Origin: Perkinsus olseni
Taxonomy: Eukaryota
DNA: 58,329 bases
Assembly (NCBI GenBank): GCA_013115125.1
Contig: JABANN010000169.1
Span: forward strand, 1 to 58,329
Reading direction: 5' to 3'
Positions 21,175 to 35,100 of the stretch are shown here, in pieces. Every line of letters starts with the position of its first letter. Within the stretch, counting starts at the first letter, position 1. The notes under the pieces are model-generated. The model saw only the letters and a list, made by a program, of their open reading frames with translations, made no database searches and had not been told where the DNA came from. Both the position numbers and the translations under genes were made by a program.

Positions 21175-23188
21175 CTATGCGGATCGACGTTTCATTGTTA
21201 TGACCAGATTGTGAGGAGAGGATGATACTAGATTCGATAGTTTCGGGGAGACAGCCTGTTGTTCAGCAAGGCGGAAATCGTCAAAGTGGCGCAGCAAGAG
21301 AGCAGAGTAGCATAGGAGCTGTTTTAGTGCCAGATGCTCTCCCGGGCACTGTCTCGGACCAAAGCCGAACGCGACGAGCTCCAATCGCTTCTCCTCATCT
21401 ATCGAATCACCACTCGGCGTCAACCAACGCTCTGGCCTGACCATAGGACTCGAATTAACACGTTTGCACACGATAGCGAAGACGTGAGCAGCCACGATCG
21501 AGATCGCCATAGGGCTGGTTACCCACATGAACTTATCGCCATCCTCATAACTCTCCCTCATCATTTGACCGATTGGAAAGATGAGTCGGGTGCCGGCCTT
21601 AATGGGCTTCCCTGCCACCTCGCAATCGACAAGGGCTTTGGTGAAGCTTATTGGGGCGGACGGCTTGAGCTGAAGCCCACCAGACAAAATGACGTTCAAG
21701 CCCTCGACGAGGGTCTGAAGCGCTTCAGACGTACTCTGATACTCTCCAAGGCGCACGCCTCGATGAAGGGCATGCTAGTAGCCAGGACATGGCGCTGGCA
21801 GTGGTCTCCGATCCGCCAGCAATATACCTGAGCTGATGGAATGCTAGCTATGGCGTTGCCATGGACAGTGACCATGATCCACCGATAGCAGTTCCGCACT
21901 CCACTACTGGGAGTCGTGAGCTACGCTCCGCTACAGAATACAATTAGGATTCTGATAACTTTCTTACAGCAGGAGCGTATCTACGAGCTTCGTTTCGCTG
22001 TACGCAGTTCCCGCACTTTCCGTGAGGCTTTTGTGGAGATGGTGGCGATCAAATCCAGCCTCCACCTGTCGACGAATGTCGACCGCCATTTTAGCTTGAA
22101 TAAGTTTCAAACGCTGCGCGAACAGAGAAACACAGCGTCTGGGACACCAGCAGGCTGGAGGGGGAGTACCTTCCTAACTCCGGGGAATATAAGCTTATAC
22201 AAGAATCGATCGTGATAGAGGACAGAGTTATCATGAACGCCTCGCCGACGAGGCTCCAGATCTCCTCCTGCATCTCAGGAGTGAATAGCAGGCCTGATAT
22301 GCCATGGACATTCTCGCAGCTAGTGACGCAATGCGTCAGACGCATTGGTGATCTTTTGAAGGAGTCGGGTTCTCTTCGCCCATGTAAACAGCGGTAGCGA
22401 TCCTTGCAGCGCACAGCCGATGGTCTTTCGTGGGGCGCCAAACGACATGTCCGTCCTTGTCAGCGGACTCCTGAAGACTTCCAACCTAAGATGCATTGAA
22501 AGTTCCGAGGGAATCCACGACGAGCGGCTCACCAGTTTCTGAGCAGTCTTGGCCATCATAGCCACTAGCTTGTCCAGGTTGGCCTCAGTCAGAGGGCGTG
22601 ACGATATCCTTCGGTGTTTTCTCCAGCTAGAACCCTCAGTAGTGGACATATTAACAAGATCCATGATATTTTCAAGATCGGATCCGCTGAACTCGCTCGG
22701 CCTCCTCTTCATAACGCTTTGGTAAGTAAGGACGTCGGTTGCTACCACCACTTGACGAGACGGCGTCCTGCGTGGGGCCCATCAGAGCAAGTCTTAGGCG
22801 TTTAGCGTTGCGGCCCACTTGAAGCAGCAGATTTTTCCGAATTTCCTCGGCATGAACATGAGCTCTTTGAACTGGTCATCTAGTGACATGAGAGCAAGTC
22901 GGAAGACAAAACCGACCTGAAGACGCCGAAAGGCTTCTGGCGGAAGCCTGTCTCGAGCACCCTCATAGTTCCACGTCATGCAGGCTCTTAGCGCTGATGA
23001 TGGTCTCTTACCCCGGGTCCTAGGAACGGTGTCCGCTCAAGCATTCTCTTGATCACCTTCAACACCTTCAGCCCAATAACGCCAGCTGCAGCGGCAATGA
23101 TTACAGATGACAGCTTAAGAGGCGAATGAATCTGCCCTCGGAGCCACCTTGGGAGCGAAGCTTCGGAGAAGTGTAGAAGCCCTGACAT
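21175..23188 (-). pseudogene. Cytochrome P450 tandem paralogue, frameshifted
   Basis: Same motifs (GGSETTA, ESIR, PERW, FGFGPRQCPG). Relative to copy 1 it has an 88-nt deletion at about 21777, a 13-nt deletion at about 22224 and a GT to AT donor change near 22352. Confidence 0.85.
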
Positions 23189-25092
23189 TGTTTGAGCTGC
23201 TGGAAAGCTCCAATTACTGGATGTGCGGTCGCACCCCGCACCGCGCCGAATTGTATGCAGGCGATTGGATACACTGGTCGAGTTTGCAAACGGTTCTAGT
23301 CACCGTCATTGGTCGCGTCGCCCGGAAAAGTTGTGGCTCTCCGCTGAGGTAATGGCGAAGTCTCGCTATGCGCATGCGTTCAGTCCGGGGTGCACTATAG
23401 GGACAATTACCTTCATTGCTGCTACGTACCCACCTTGCTCGATCCTGCTGCACTATAACTCAGTACAGTGTGGCTATGTGAGACGGGTCTCAAAGAAAGG
23501 TATAACTGGACTCGAGAGGAGTTCTGTTTCAGAACTTGAGAGAGAACTGATATCGTTGTGGACTACGGTTGAGCGTATGTTGACCTGTCTCCATCGTAGC
23601 CTGTATAGGGCAATGATATCTCAACGCTCTTTGTGCATTGTCTCTAGCTTGAGGCTAGTAGTCACTATTGAGACCCACGTTGTGGTGTCTGCTTACCTAA
23701 GAAGTATCAAGAGTGTAACCTCTCACTTCTATGTCACAGTTTCCGTCGAGTTCTAAGGGTGGCCGCCACCCGGTGGCAAGCTTCCTGCTGTCTCTACTGG
23801 ACGGTTTGGTCAAGCCCGGAACACTACATTGGTACCCGATGCTGGATTTCTTACTTTTACTGATCACGAACACCGACCGATTGGTGGCTCAGGTGAATGT
23901 GGTACTTCTTCAGCTCGGAGTGAGTTTGCTAAAGCGCTTGGGCTTGACGCCTAACTTATTCATTTGCCGAGGCCTGAGAAGATGGAAGCTGTTGGGGCTA
24001 AACTTCGTGTGGGCTTCCCAGTCGCTGGACGGAACCCCCTTCCTAACGCCAGGTCATTCAACCGTAGTAGAGTAAGTTGACCCGACCCTTCTGTTCCGTG
24101 GGGACAATCGCTGTGTCGGACCGACACAACGACACCGACATCGTCGGTATTTGCCCACCCGGAGCTTCATGATGGCCCTGGCTAAGCTTTCTCACGCGTC
24201 ACCGTGACTCCGTCACGTAGTCAGTTCTGGATCCGTTACCGTCCACCTTCCCGAGCGAAGCGCCATCGGACCTATCACGGGTCACCTGTGGCAGCTGTCC
24301 TAGGGGTCGTGTTCTCACAAACGGCGCGCTGTAGCGTCGGCCCGTGCAGATGGAAAGGTACAGACAGAATCACGTGAGCTTTCCTTGCACGGAGACGAAG
24401 GAAGTTCGACGAGGCTTCCTCAAAGTTTCTACACCACTTGTTAGTTGACTTCACAAAATGATGTGCATATTGACCGCAACGCGAATCACAAGATGAGGTA
24501 GCGATAATGCAACGGTGCGACTATTAGTCACGATCCGTGAGTAGACAATTGTCAAGAGCGTCTTCACTCTGCCAGCGTGCTTTAATCATCCAAACAGACC
24601 AATCTTCGTCGTGCTGCTTTTCGCTGCCTCGTGGCTCATTCGCGAATCTTCTCGTGGCTTCCGCTCTGACCTGAATAAGAGTCCCTCTGAGCTTCCCAGC
24701 TCCTAACGAAGCAACCCCAATACCGCCCTAGTCCCCGGGAGACCTCCGTGATCGAAAACTCACTCTTCATCAGCCGAGCTGATATCTTTCTTCGCTGTCG
24801 TGTGAGTATCCGTCTGCTTACTTTGTCCAGTCGTAGTACTGGTCACTGCACTACAGCCTGTAACACTGTGATTCGCTCGTTGCTTCACCACGTGACTGGT
24901 GTCGATGCGGTACAGCTGGATCGAAAGAACGCCGTTGAACAGCGAAATGCCATTAGGCTGCGGCTGAAAGAATATGACATAATTTTCAGAAAATTCCCAT
25001 CAGAAAATTATTTTCTGCTAAGAACTCCGCGATACCGTCCGACCACCGACGGGGCCGCGTCGTGTATGAGAGATGATCAGCAGGAACAGTCC

Positions 25093-25901
25093 TCACCACA
25101 GGCCTGTACATGATGCCAGCGTCGTCCCCTGCTGTGTTGCGCGTCTTGCTGGCCATGGTAGGGCTTCCGAGCCAAAACCAACGATGCACTGATCCATAGG
25201 CGATGGTATTTTCAGTGAAATTGGACCGACTTGCCGCGTCCTCAGGCACGGGCTTGACCAACTGAAAGCACCCTTCATGGACTCCCCGAGGAAGAAGGGG
25301 CAACGCAGGGTGAAGCGCTTACCATGCACGACAGCCACTCCCGTTTGACGACAGACACCTCCACATCATCGAAGGACACACCAGGCTGAGCGGAAGAAGT
25401 TCGAGACCGAGGAGGCCCTCCATTCGACCTACTGCTTCGATATCGATGTGTTTGACGATCGTCCTGCCATCTCGGTCCAGCGTCTCATACACGGTACTCC
25501 TAGGAACCAACGAAGGCTCACCGGCCATGAGGCTCTGCGTCACTGGTACGACTGAGGTAAGGTGAGCTCTGTAACATACAGTGGCCATGAGCTTACCCTT
25601 CCCTGCCTCTCCGATAGTGGACGTGGGGGCGTGGACCACTAGCCTAGCTTCGTAATCACGGCGAGGGGCTGATGGACAACACCCCATCACCGGAAGAAGT
25701 GAAGCTGCTCAGCCTACTCTGAGTGAGGCCAAGCTTCCGACAGATCGTCTCGCCCCATGATGGTGTCTTCTCAGTCCTTGCCTTAACGACATCGACCGTC
25801 ATCAAACCGTCATCACCACAGCACTCAGCAGTCTCTTCAACAGGCGAAGGAGGGGCAGCAGCCTGACGACGGCCCTGCATCAGGAAGGAACAAAACCGCA
25901 T
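25093..25901 (-). CDS. Hypothetical protein, multi-exon
   Basis: Chain of overlapping minus-strand ORFs separated by plausible short introns; no recognisable domain. Confidence 0.35.
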
Positions 25902-25919
25902 CTTACTGTATCAGCTGCG

Positions 25920-27618
25920 TCACCATGCTCATCCACAACGGCGGCAGGGGCCACCACCGCGCAGTACCTTGAAGGCAGAATCGCTTCACCCTTTTCCACG
26001 TCCGCTCACCTCACAAGGGTCTTCTGCATGCCTCTTCTAATCAGATCGATGGGCGAGTTGAGGACGCCACTGACGCCGTCATCAATCGAAGCAGCGCTCT
26101 TGGCCGGTTCGAAGGCTGTAGCCCCGCGTAGCAGAAGTAGCAGCTCGTTCCGGATTTGACGGAGGGCCTAGGGGACGCCAGTGCCACCTACACCTAGCGA
26201 CTCGAACCCACCTCGGCGCTCTCCGACTCGGTTGCTACAGCGTAGTGCTTGGTCATGATGGAGTGGTGCTGCCGCATCCCGGCGGTATCACTGTTGGTCG
26301 CCATAGCCATCCTGGACGGGCAAGCACAGAAGGCGTAGTCCTTATAGGAGGTAGGATGAAGTAGTGGCTGAGAAGAGACGAAGATGAGGAGCCCGACGTG
26401 AGGCAGGAGCTTTACTCTAGAGCCATCACCACCCACAGCGTTGCGGTACAGTGAGCCGAGCTGATGATGGAAGGCCGACAACAGCTGGTCCATATTATTG
26501 CAACCTGACATGACCATACAACAGGCCTGAAAGAGAAGGGCTGCTTCCCACCTGGTATGAGATGGAGCACTGTGACTGGTGTATTGGTCCGTGATGCGCG
26601 GATGAGGACCTCCTCAAGAGCACGCTGCTCATCCACGGTCAGAGACCCCACCACGAAGAATACCTGAAGGGACCGCTGCCATGCCTCAGTCTGTGCCACC
26701 CTCACACCGACATGATCAGAGAGGCTCGCCACAATCTCCTTAACGCAGTCGTAAGTTGCGGCTCGCTCCGCCGCTGACGCTGGTGGCGGGGCTGTCTTCA
26801 ATGCTCCGCTGAGAACAGCAGCAGGCTCTCGACAGGCACGCCAACTCGAAGCCTACCTTGCCACGGCATTAATGGAGCCCCTCGCTCGAAGCATCATCAT
26901 CCCCGTTTGCTGGCCACACGCTGCTTCGTTTGGGTTGTCAGCATTTTCTGAGAGGCCCTTGCCAGAGGGCTCGGTCCCAGTGGTGAGCTGAGAGTAGCAC
27001 CACACAGCATGCAGGACTTCACTGCGGAATCGGGTAACCTACCACGTCGCCACAGACACTGGCCTCCAGACCTGTAGATCCATCACTACGCGGTGAGGGC
27101 TTCGTCCCGAACAGAAGCGCCATGGCCCTATCCTGAACAACAAGATCTGAAAGCCAGCCTTTGAGGGGCTCTGACACGTCTCTCTTCGTGAAGCATTTGA
27201 TCCGATTGGGCTCCTCAGCGTGAGGGAGTCTATGGAATCAGGATATTGACAATGGGGAGATGAGGCTTATTCTCGCTATCATCAGTCATGACAGCGTCAT
27301 GCAATCAGCACAGCTTTATCATGATTGACGATGAGGTGGTAAGGCGGCCCTACTTCGAGGGATGGGCGTTCACGTGAAGCTCCCTCTGCCACAGTAGAAC
27401 ACAGGGCGTTGAGAACAGCACTGTAGATCATAGAGCAGTATGCACAGTGGCCGGTAGCGAGTGAACCCGAGTAGTACCACAAGATGGTCTTCTCCGATCA
27501 CTCCGACAACTGACCCTATCCGAGACCGGTCCAGTACATTATGGCCATCATCAGCGACCACAATAGATGCCCCCTCATCGCAAAGCTGAGTCAGTGACGG
27601 TATGGGAATGGACATGGA
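25920..27618 (-). CDS. Hypothetical protein, multi-exon; ends approximate
   Basis: Protein-like exons (SVVGVIG; LQVFFVVGSLTVDEQRALEEVL; ALRQIRNELLLLL) linked by GT-AG introns; family not recognised. Confidence 0.45.
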
Positions 27619-27719
27619 TGCACTACAGAGAGCCCGCCTGACAGACAATACATCCTCCAGGTTCCGCGGCGGCAAAAGTGTTACCAATCATGTTTACTCC
27701 TGTGCTTCCTCTTACGACT

Positions 27720-28206
27720 ATCGGCCAGGATGAGACCGCCGAGTGCTGCCGCTGCCACCGCTGCTGCTGCAGGAATGGCCGCTGGTCCTAGCCTATCGCG
27801 TGCTGAGAGAACGAGACAGACTTGCCGTAGCGCCTTCCGACGAATAACCTCTACGCCACCATAAGGCGAATCAGGTACGCAATGATATCAACCGTCATCA
27901 AATACGAGCCATAACAGTCTAACCTTCTCACATCCGACAGACCCTGGGGGAAGCATGATTCAGCGGACAGCCAGTGTAGCTCTCGCCTCCCCAGAAGAAG
28001 ACCATAGCCGCCATCTTCACTCCCCCTCCGAGCATAGTACCCAGTTGGCAAGCTGCCAATACTTGGCCCTTGCCTCTCGTGGCTACACTCGCGATCGCTT
28101 CACTTGCTGCATTGAACCTTCTGGAAAGCTCCGCTGTTTGTGGGGATACGATTCTCTCGATTGGTGGTACTGCTTCCATTATATTCAAAAAACCTTCATT
28201 GGCATC
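27720..28206 (-). CDS. Small hypothetical protein
   Basis: ORF 27928-28188 followed by spliceable exons; no recognisable domain. Confidence 0.3.
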
Positions 28207-29187
28207 GTCCCCGACGGCAGAAGCTTGCCGCTACCCGGGATAAACCCTGGCTATACTACGGCGCGGCAGATCAGCCTCGCTAATATGCGCCAACGGACTC
28301 TGTCGATGCTCGAAGGTTCGACGAGCTTCGATTCACAGTAGCAGTACCAGTAGTGCCAGTAGCAGCAGCATCGTAGTGGGGACAATTTGCACAAATGACG
28401 AATCATAGATTTTAGTTTGCGGCCCTTAGACCACCAGCATCATCGGGAATGCACCACGTGGATGAGGTCGCAATCAGGTATACAACCGAATGGCGTTCAT
28501 GGATCCGCGACGTATCGGAATGACGGTGACTCTGAAAACCGCCCCCCTCCCGGTAGTTCGATTAGCCTGTTCTGCTGCCACACAACGCCTCTTGAGGTCG
28601 GAAAAGCATTGGCAGAGCTGCCGGTAGAGCAGCTCAGAGTGCCCGAAATAGAATGGTACAAAGGTTACTGTACTAGCGCTACGTCGGTGGTTGTAGTTGG
28701 TGTAACGCGTGATAGAGCACGAGGGGGACGACGATGACGATGGTCTGCAGTAAATGTTAATGATGATGGAATGATACGAAATGGTGATGAATATAACAGT
28801 AGGCTCGCTCCAGCACCACCACAAGGTGATGAACCTGAAACTCGGCCCAGTCCATGTCGTTACGAACCCTGCTGGGCCATTGCCGCCATCAAGCCCTGGT
28901 CAGCTGTCACGCAAGAAGTTCCGATCCATCATCGTCGTCACGAGGGACGGTTAAGTGGGCGCACAACGTCTCCTAACGCCAACAGCCATTGTTCTTATCT
29001 CCCTCACTATGGCTATCTCTTTCATCAAAACCACTGCAGCCGTGATATAGCGATCAGACCAGGGCGTTATTCAGCCTCCCATGCCCTCCATCCAAAGCCA
29101 AGCACCCTACCCGCATTTCTCCAGCGGCCGCTCCTCAGCGCGTCGACCGTCTATAAATCCGAGTACGCTCAACTCAGACATCACCCA

Positions 29188-32100
29188 TCAGGGACCTTCG
29201 CCTGGGGTGCTGAAGCATACTTCGTCTCCAGCCCCGCAACGTAGCGTAGCCCTACGATAAATCAGCTGCTGGAATTTCTTAGGGCTCCTCCGGATGTCGT
29301 TGCACGCACGCTTGTAGCTGTCCAGAAAGGCCTTGAGCGTGCCGAAGAAGTCCTCAACACTACACCGTCGAGGGTCCTCACCGAAAAACCTGTTCTGGAT
29401 TGACTCTCACATGGCCAGCCACACCGCGTACCGTCGGAGCTCCTTGAGGGACTCCTCGCATGCCGTCCATTCCCCCTTCACCTCCTCCACCCGGGCTGAG
29501 GCATCCCTAGCAAAGCGCTGCAACCTAATGGAGCTCTGGATTGGTCACAGGGGATGGGGGAGCGCACCTGGAGAGGGCCTCGTCCGAGTACTGGGAGGAC
29601 TGCTGTTGGGCCTCTCTCTGGAAGGCCTGGATGTCCCTATCCAGCAACGTCAACGTGGAGACGATAACCTCGGTGTTCTCTCCAGTCGCTGTGACCACCT
29701 TCCATAAACAATATCACCAAAGGGCGGTACCAGCACACTTACAAGACTGAGTTCCTCGGCCAAGTCCATCGGCTGCGACTCGCCTTTGTCACCTTCCATC
29801 AAACGACACGCCACGTAGTGCAGCATCGTGACGCCCGGGACGCTGGTGGACTTAAACTCCATCAACTTCAACAAAGACTCCAGCGTATACCCTCGAGTGG
29901 TCAAATCGGTCGTCCCGTGGTTGACGAAGTTACCAAATTTCAATACCTGCCGATGACCATGGCCCGATCGCCAGCGTGGAGGGCTTACCAAGAACAGGAG
30001 CCTGCGGAGCTTCTGGGAGCTTCTAACCTGGTCAGCTGCCCCCTGGAGGACGCCGATGGACCGCTGCGCTCCGCTCAACTGACGAGGAAATACATCCTCA
30101 CATCCACGGCAGCAGCAGCATCGCCGCCATGATCGCTGGTCACCTGGTCAGGGAAGGTGAGGAACGCTATCATCGCCTTTATTCGGAACTGTGCCCTCTT
30201 CATCACAACCAAGGGCATCAGACGACGTTCTATCGGCCGCAGGAGGGACAGGTCGCCATGGTACGCTCTGAGCTGCTCCGCCTCCTCGGGCGTAGGCAAT
30301 ATAGTCGACAGCTTTTCTAGCATATCCACAGTGGCAAAGCCTTCAGTGGTGGTCTCACTCTGATACACGATTACTGCGAGGAGTGGTACCAGTTGGAACC
30401 CACGCCAGGAGGCGGTCCACTGCCTTGGGAGAAGCTCTCATCGTCATCCTCAGAGGCGTCCACCATATTGTCGGTGTTCAAATTCTCCATCTTTTCCACC
30501 AGCAACTCCACAGGCAGTCGAGCCATCACCAGGCCTGCGTTCTGTGCTCGCTTCTGGTCGAGGATTTCTATCAGCTTTGGCCGGTCATCTGAGGGGTATC
30601 ATCAACGTCGTCAAATGCCGTCGACAGCCACCCTACCAACGATCCTGTTTTTTCTTTCGCCCTTCTTTCCCCCAGGCTGCCCTGATGCCCCGAAAACTGT
30701 CTTCATTTCGGCCACGTCCCTCGCCAAAGTCTCTCCAGCGTGATCGTCCGATGGTGTTGAGGACTGACAGGCACCAGCGAGGTGGAAACAGCGGCGGTGG
30801 TGGCGGTGATTTAGCCGCTCACCCCCTCATCGTCGTAGCTAGCCCAGATGGTAGAGCCAATGAGGCGGTCGGGTATGGCCTTCCAGTGGAGCTTCTTGCC
30901 CAGAGGCAGGGCGGCGGCTTTCTCTGACAACACCAAGGTACTGGGCGGAAGAGGGCGGCGAGAACTCACTCTTGTGGGGGGCGCTATTGGGGGTCCTCCG
31001 GCCTGAAGAATGGGAGAGATGGTACGGCATTTGGGCGAGATCCGCTGGGGGTGGCCTACTTGCTGAGCTTGGGGGCTCCGGCGGAGGCGGGGAGGCCAAA
31101 GGTGGGGACCGCAAGACGAGAGGTGACCCCGCTGCCAAGGGCGGTGTCGTCGCGCCAACTGGAGATGGGCCGCAGGGCGGCACTTTGGGAAGGGGCGGGA
31201 CGCCCTTACCACCGGGCAGAGGCGGTGGCGCCCCTCTGCCAGCTCTAACCTTACTGTGCGGGCTAGGTGAGGCATTGGTACTCAAAAGGGGTGGAGGAAT
31301 ACCCTTGCCGCTACATAGTCGCGGTGGCGTCATTTTGCCACTAGGTAGGGGTGGAACAGTTCCCTTGGGGGCTCCTAGTAGAGGGGGAGGGCTCCCCTTT
31401 GCCGCTCCTGGTAGAGGTGGAGGGGTGCCCTTGGCTCCTGGTAGAGGGGGAGGGGTCCCCTTGGCCGCTCCTGGTAGAGGTGGAGGGGTGCCCTTGGCCG
31501 CTCCTGGTAGAGGGGGAGGGGTGCCCTTGGCTCCTGGTAGAGGGGGAGGGGTCCCCTTGGCCGCTCCTGGTAGAGGGGGAGGGGTGCCCTTGGCTCCTGG
31601 TAGAGGGGGAGGGGTCCCCTTGGCTCCTGCCAAAGGCGGGATAGCCTTCCCTTGCGAGGTTCGTTGAGAAGCTAGCCCCTTCCTACCTCCCAAGGTGAGC
31701 GGCAGGGGAGGGGGTGTACCCTTGGCTCCTGGTAGAGGGGGAGGGGTACCCTTGCTGCTGGGCAGGGGTGGTGGGGTGCCCTTTCTACTGTCGGCTGTGG
31801 CCTCCAACCCCGTCCGGTCATCCAGTAAAGCGACTCCACCGAGCTCATCTCCTCCTTCACCCACCTCCCCACCAGGAAAGCCAGACGTGCCCTTCACAGT
31901 TATAGGGGACAGGTCTCCCAGCCCAGACTCCACTGTAGTCGCCACATCCCCAGCAGAGCCATCATGAAGCTCCCTCGCCACAGCCGCCAGCGTCGGCCCC
32001 CGCAGAGCAGTACAGGTACTATCCTCCAGTGGATGAGGCGGCGATTCTATCACACTGCTACAGACGCTCCTAGCATAGCTTCTCCTCAGCCTCTGCTGCT

Positions 32101-35100
32101 GGTAGTGCCGAAGTGTCCGCCGCTGCTGCAACTCTCGCTGCCGAGCTCCCGTCCTCGCCGAGGGTACTCCTGCCAGCCTCGCTCGAGGCAAGGCCGCAAC
32201 CCCCCCTGGCTGGTAGGACTTCGGGACCGCTCGGCCGGCCAGGGCAGCGTCTTGGTAGTGGCTGTGCGTTACCGGCAGGCCAGCACCCTCCCCTAGGAGG
32301 TGCAGCAGAGGACCGGTGGTGGTGTCACCATAGTGCCTGTCACCCTGCCTAGCGACGTGGGACATATACCGCATCCTGAACCACCCTCCCGAGGAGTCCA
32401 CCAGATGGTACTCGTCATCGTCGTCGTCATCCACGACCCTGCTGGCAACCGACTGGCGTCGAGAACCTTGATAGTGACTGCGTTCCACCAGGGCAAGATC
32501 TTCAGACTGGGTAGCACAGCGAGCGTCCTCACTAGAAGAGATGGAGTCAGTGTTGGTCTCAGCATAGCCTCGCCCTGGCGGGAGGGACGACCGAAAGGAG
32601 CGCTGGCTCGCCGGAGATGACGCCCTCCGATGGCCACCCATGATGTCATCGTCGTAAACACTACTTAGCCTGCCGAGGGGCCGACGGCCCTCCCCACGAC
32701 TGAAGGGGCCGAAGAAGTGCAACCTGTTGAAGTCGTCGATGAGGGAGTCTTCGTCGGCTGCCGCTGCCGGCAGAACTCCCGGAGGGGATGCCTACAACCA
32801 CAAGAACAGGTACCGCCGTGCCGGCCGGTCTCCCAGACGCAATGGAAGCTATTCAAGCCAGCTGTGGCCGAGGAGTCCACTGTAGCCTACTTCATAACAG
32901 TAAGTTCATTCCTTGCGCAACCCACTCAATCATCTACCCCATCTCACGTGTATTCTATGAAAAGTGGTGTGCGTCATAAAATGCAGGATGCAGTACTGAG
33001 GCCGCTATGCCAAGCGGGAGGAGCAGCAGCTGGATGCTCTATCGGCTCATCACTTGATATAGTATTCATCGCTCTCTCGTTCGTTCCACTGCCGTTTGCG
33101 GCGCCCCGTGGCATAGTGGCCCCATTTTAGCATGTTGCATTCTCTCCGCTACAGAGTGTATTTACATTATTTTTTCCCCTCCGGAAGATACTCAAGATAT
33201 TTCTACCGACTATTCATCGACTGTGATGCAGAATACGTCGCCTCATGGCCGACACAATCCACATTCTCTAAGAGCGCCCAGAAGGCGACGAAAGGACGCT
33301 CTACAAATCTCGACCAACAACTCGCGCTCGGTCTCTACATCGCGACCCAGGGGATCCTTGCCACTTACCAAACTGCTGGCGCGGGAGACGGCCCTCCCGT
33401 TCGATCTAGATGTGGCCGCGGCCGACAGAGGGAAGTATCTCTCACAGAAGGCATAGGCTTCGAACAGGTTCATGTCTGATACCTGAAGGGTCAGGTGAAT
33501 CTTGCTCATCTTGCATTTCCTCAACGCTCACCTCCAAAGACACACCAGCATGCAGTCGTTCATATCCCCTGTCCATCAGAGCCGCCACGGGGTCGCAATT
33601 CCGTTGGGAAGGCGTCAGATTGGTGCAGCCGCTGCTGCTGTCCGAGTGATGCCGAGTCTTCGCCCTCACCGAGTCCGCCAGCATGTGGTGGTCGAAAAAC
33701 ACCCTCCTGAAGACGGTCCAACAGGCGAGGCTTCCAGTAGAGTTTGTGTAATGACAATCTCCTCACTATTATCCATGCAACAACGTGGGAGTGCTCACGG
33801 TAATTCTGTCGACTAAGTTACACTAATCCTGGCCCCCCTTCTCATCCCAGATGAGCTCGCCTACACTATCAGGACTATAGTTATTTGCACCATAAATCAC
33901 CGATAATTATTCTCCTCAATGCTGCTGCATCGCGCTGCTGCAGTATGCACTCTCCTCTTTCGAGAATCATCCCACCACCCGAGTCATCTATCACTCACCC
34001 GTCGCCTCGGGGTCTGTGCAGGTTGCTAGTCTCCCTGTTCAATGTTACAGTCGACCAATCACTGCCTTTCCGGACGCCCGAAGGCGACACATCGGAAAGC
34101 TTGCCTACCCTCCGCTGGGTCACTGGCGAACCATCTCCGGATCCTGCACTAATCGAACCTGGATACGTTGATAGGAAGTAACGATCGCACTCTATAGCTC
34201 CTCACGTCTTCGCTCTAAATGCTCTCCCTTCGCAGCTGCCTCGTCCTCAGCCCGTTTCCTCTTCCGCTCCTCGAACCGCTCCTGGTCCTCTATCGTCCAC
34301 CTAACGATACCATTATTCAGAAGAAATCTTCTTTTTCGTTGCGACGTTCGGCTGGGTCCTGCTTGGAACCCAAAGCTTACTTGTTCAACAGCAATGTAAT
34401 CTTGAAATCTTGCGGTATCTCGTCAATTCTCAAACCAGCAACATCCATATCCTCCCTAGTGAGGACCATAATCTCCCCCTCTCCATCGCCGCTGCCCACG
34501 AACGCTGAAAGGATTACCACCAGTCTCAGCGCTGCCCTGAAGGCCTCCTCCCCTACCAGTATTGAAGTAGTATCGCAGCGCAAGTCTTGACTTAGTCCGG
34601 CTCTTCAGCACAATACCAACATCTCCTTTAAGGACCACCGTAAACTCGCCGGCATGGGTCATGTCCACGGTCAAGGACCCCGCGGTTTCGTCAGAGTCGC
34701 TGAAAGAACAACGCCCGTCTCTGCACGTCATCTGATTTTCCTGTGAAAATGAATTCGGACTTGAGGCGATTTTGCTGCACCCGAAACTCTGCAGCGTATT
34801 CCACACTAAGTTAGGGCCACCAGCAATCCATCCTCGAAAAGCAAGCGAGTACTTCCTATTCGTAAGTCGACGGATCCTAATAAATCCCAGAGGACAGAGC
34901 CCGCCGTTGGTCTTACACCACAGCGTAGGTGTTGTCCGTAGCCAGGAGGCCAATCTCCGACTTGAACTGTTCACTTGGGTCTAGTACAAGCTCCCCTACC
35001 TCGATGAAGATGTCAGAGGCTGGAGGGATGAAGTTATCGATGATGACCATCTTGAGGAGGAACCTGAGCTCCGGACTGATGAGCATCTATCCTGTTATTT

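Noticed and set aside
26196-26216. GGTGGGTTCGAGTC B-box-like match
   Set aside because: No T-stem pairing or other tRNA context. Similar isolated matches near 18137, 34150 and 56655 were also rejected.
31363-31785. Regularly spaced repeats resembling a CRISPR array
   Set aside because: No unique spacers; coding tandem repeat in a eukaryotic gene.
30972-31967. Gly-rich plus-strand ORFs (PGRGGGVPLA repeats)
   Set aside because: Antisense of the formin FH1 minisatellite.
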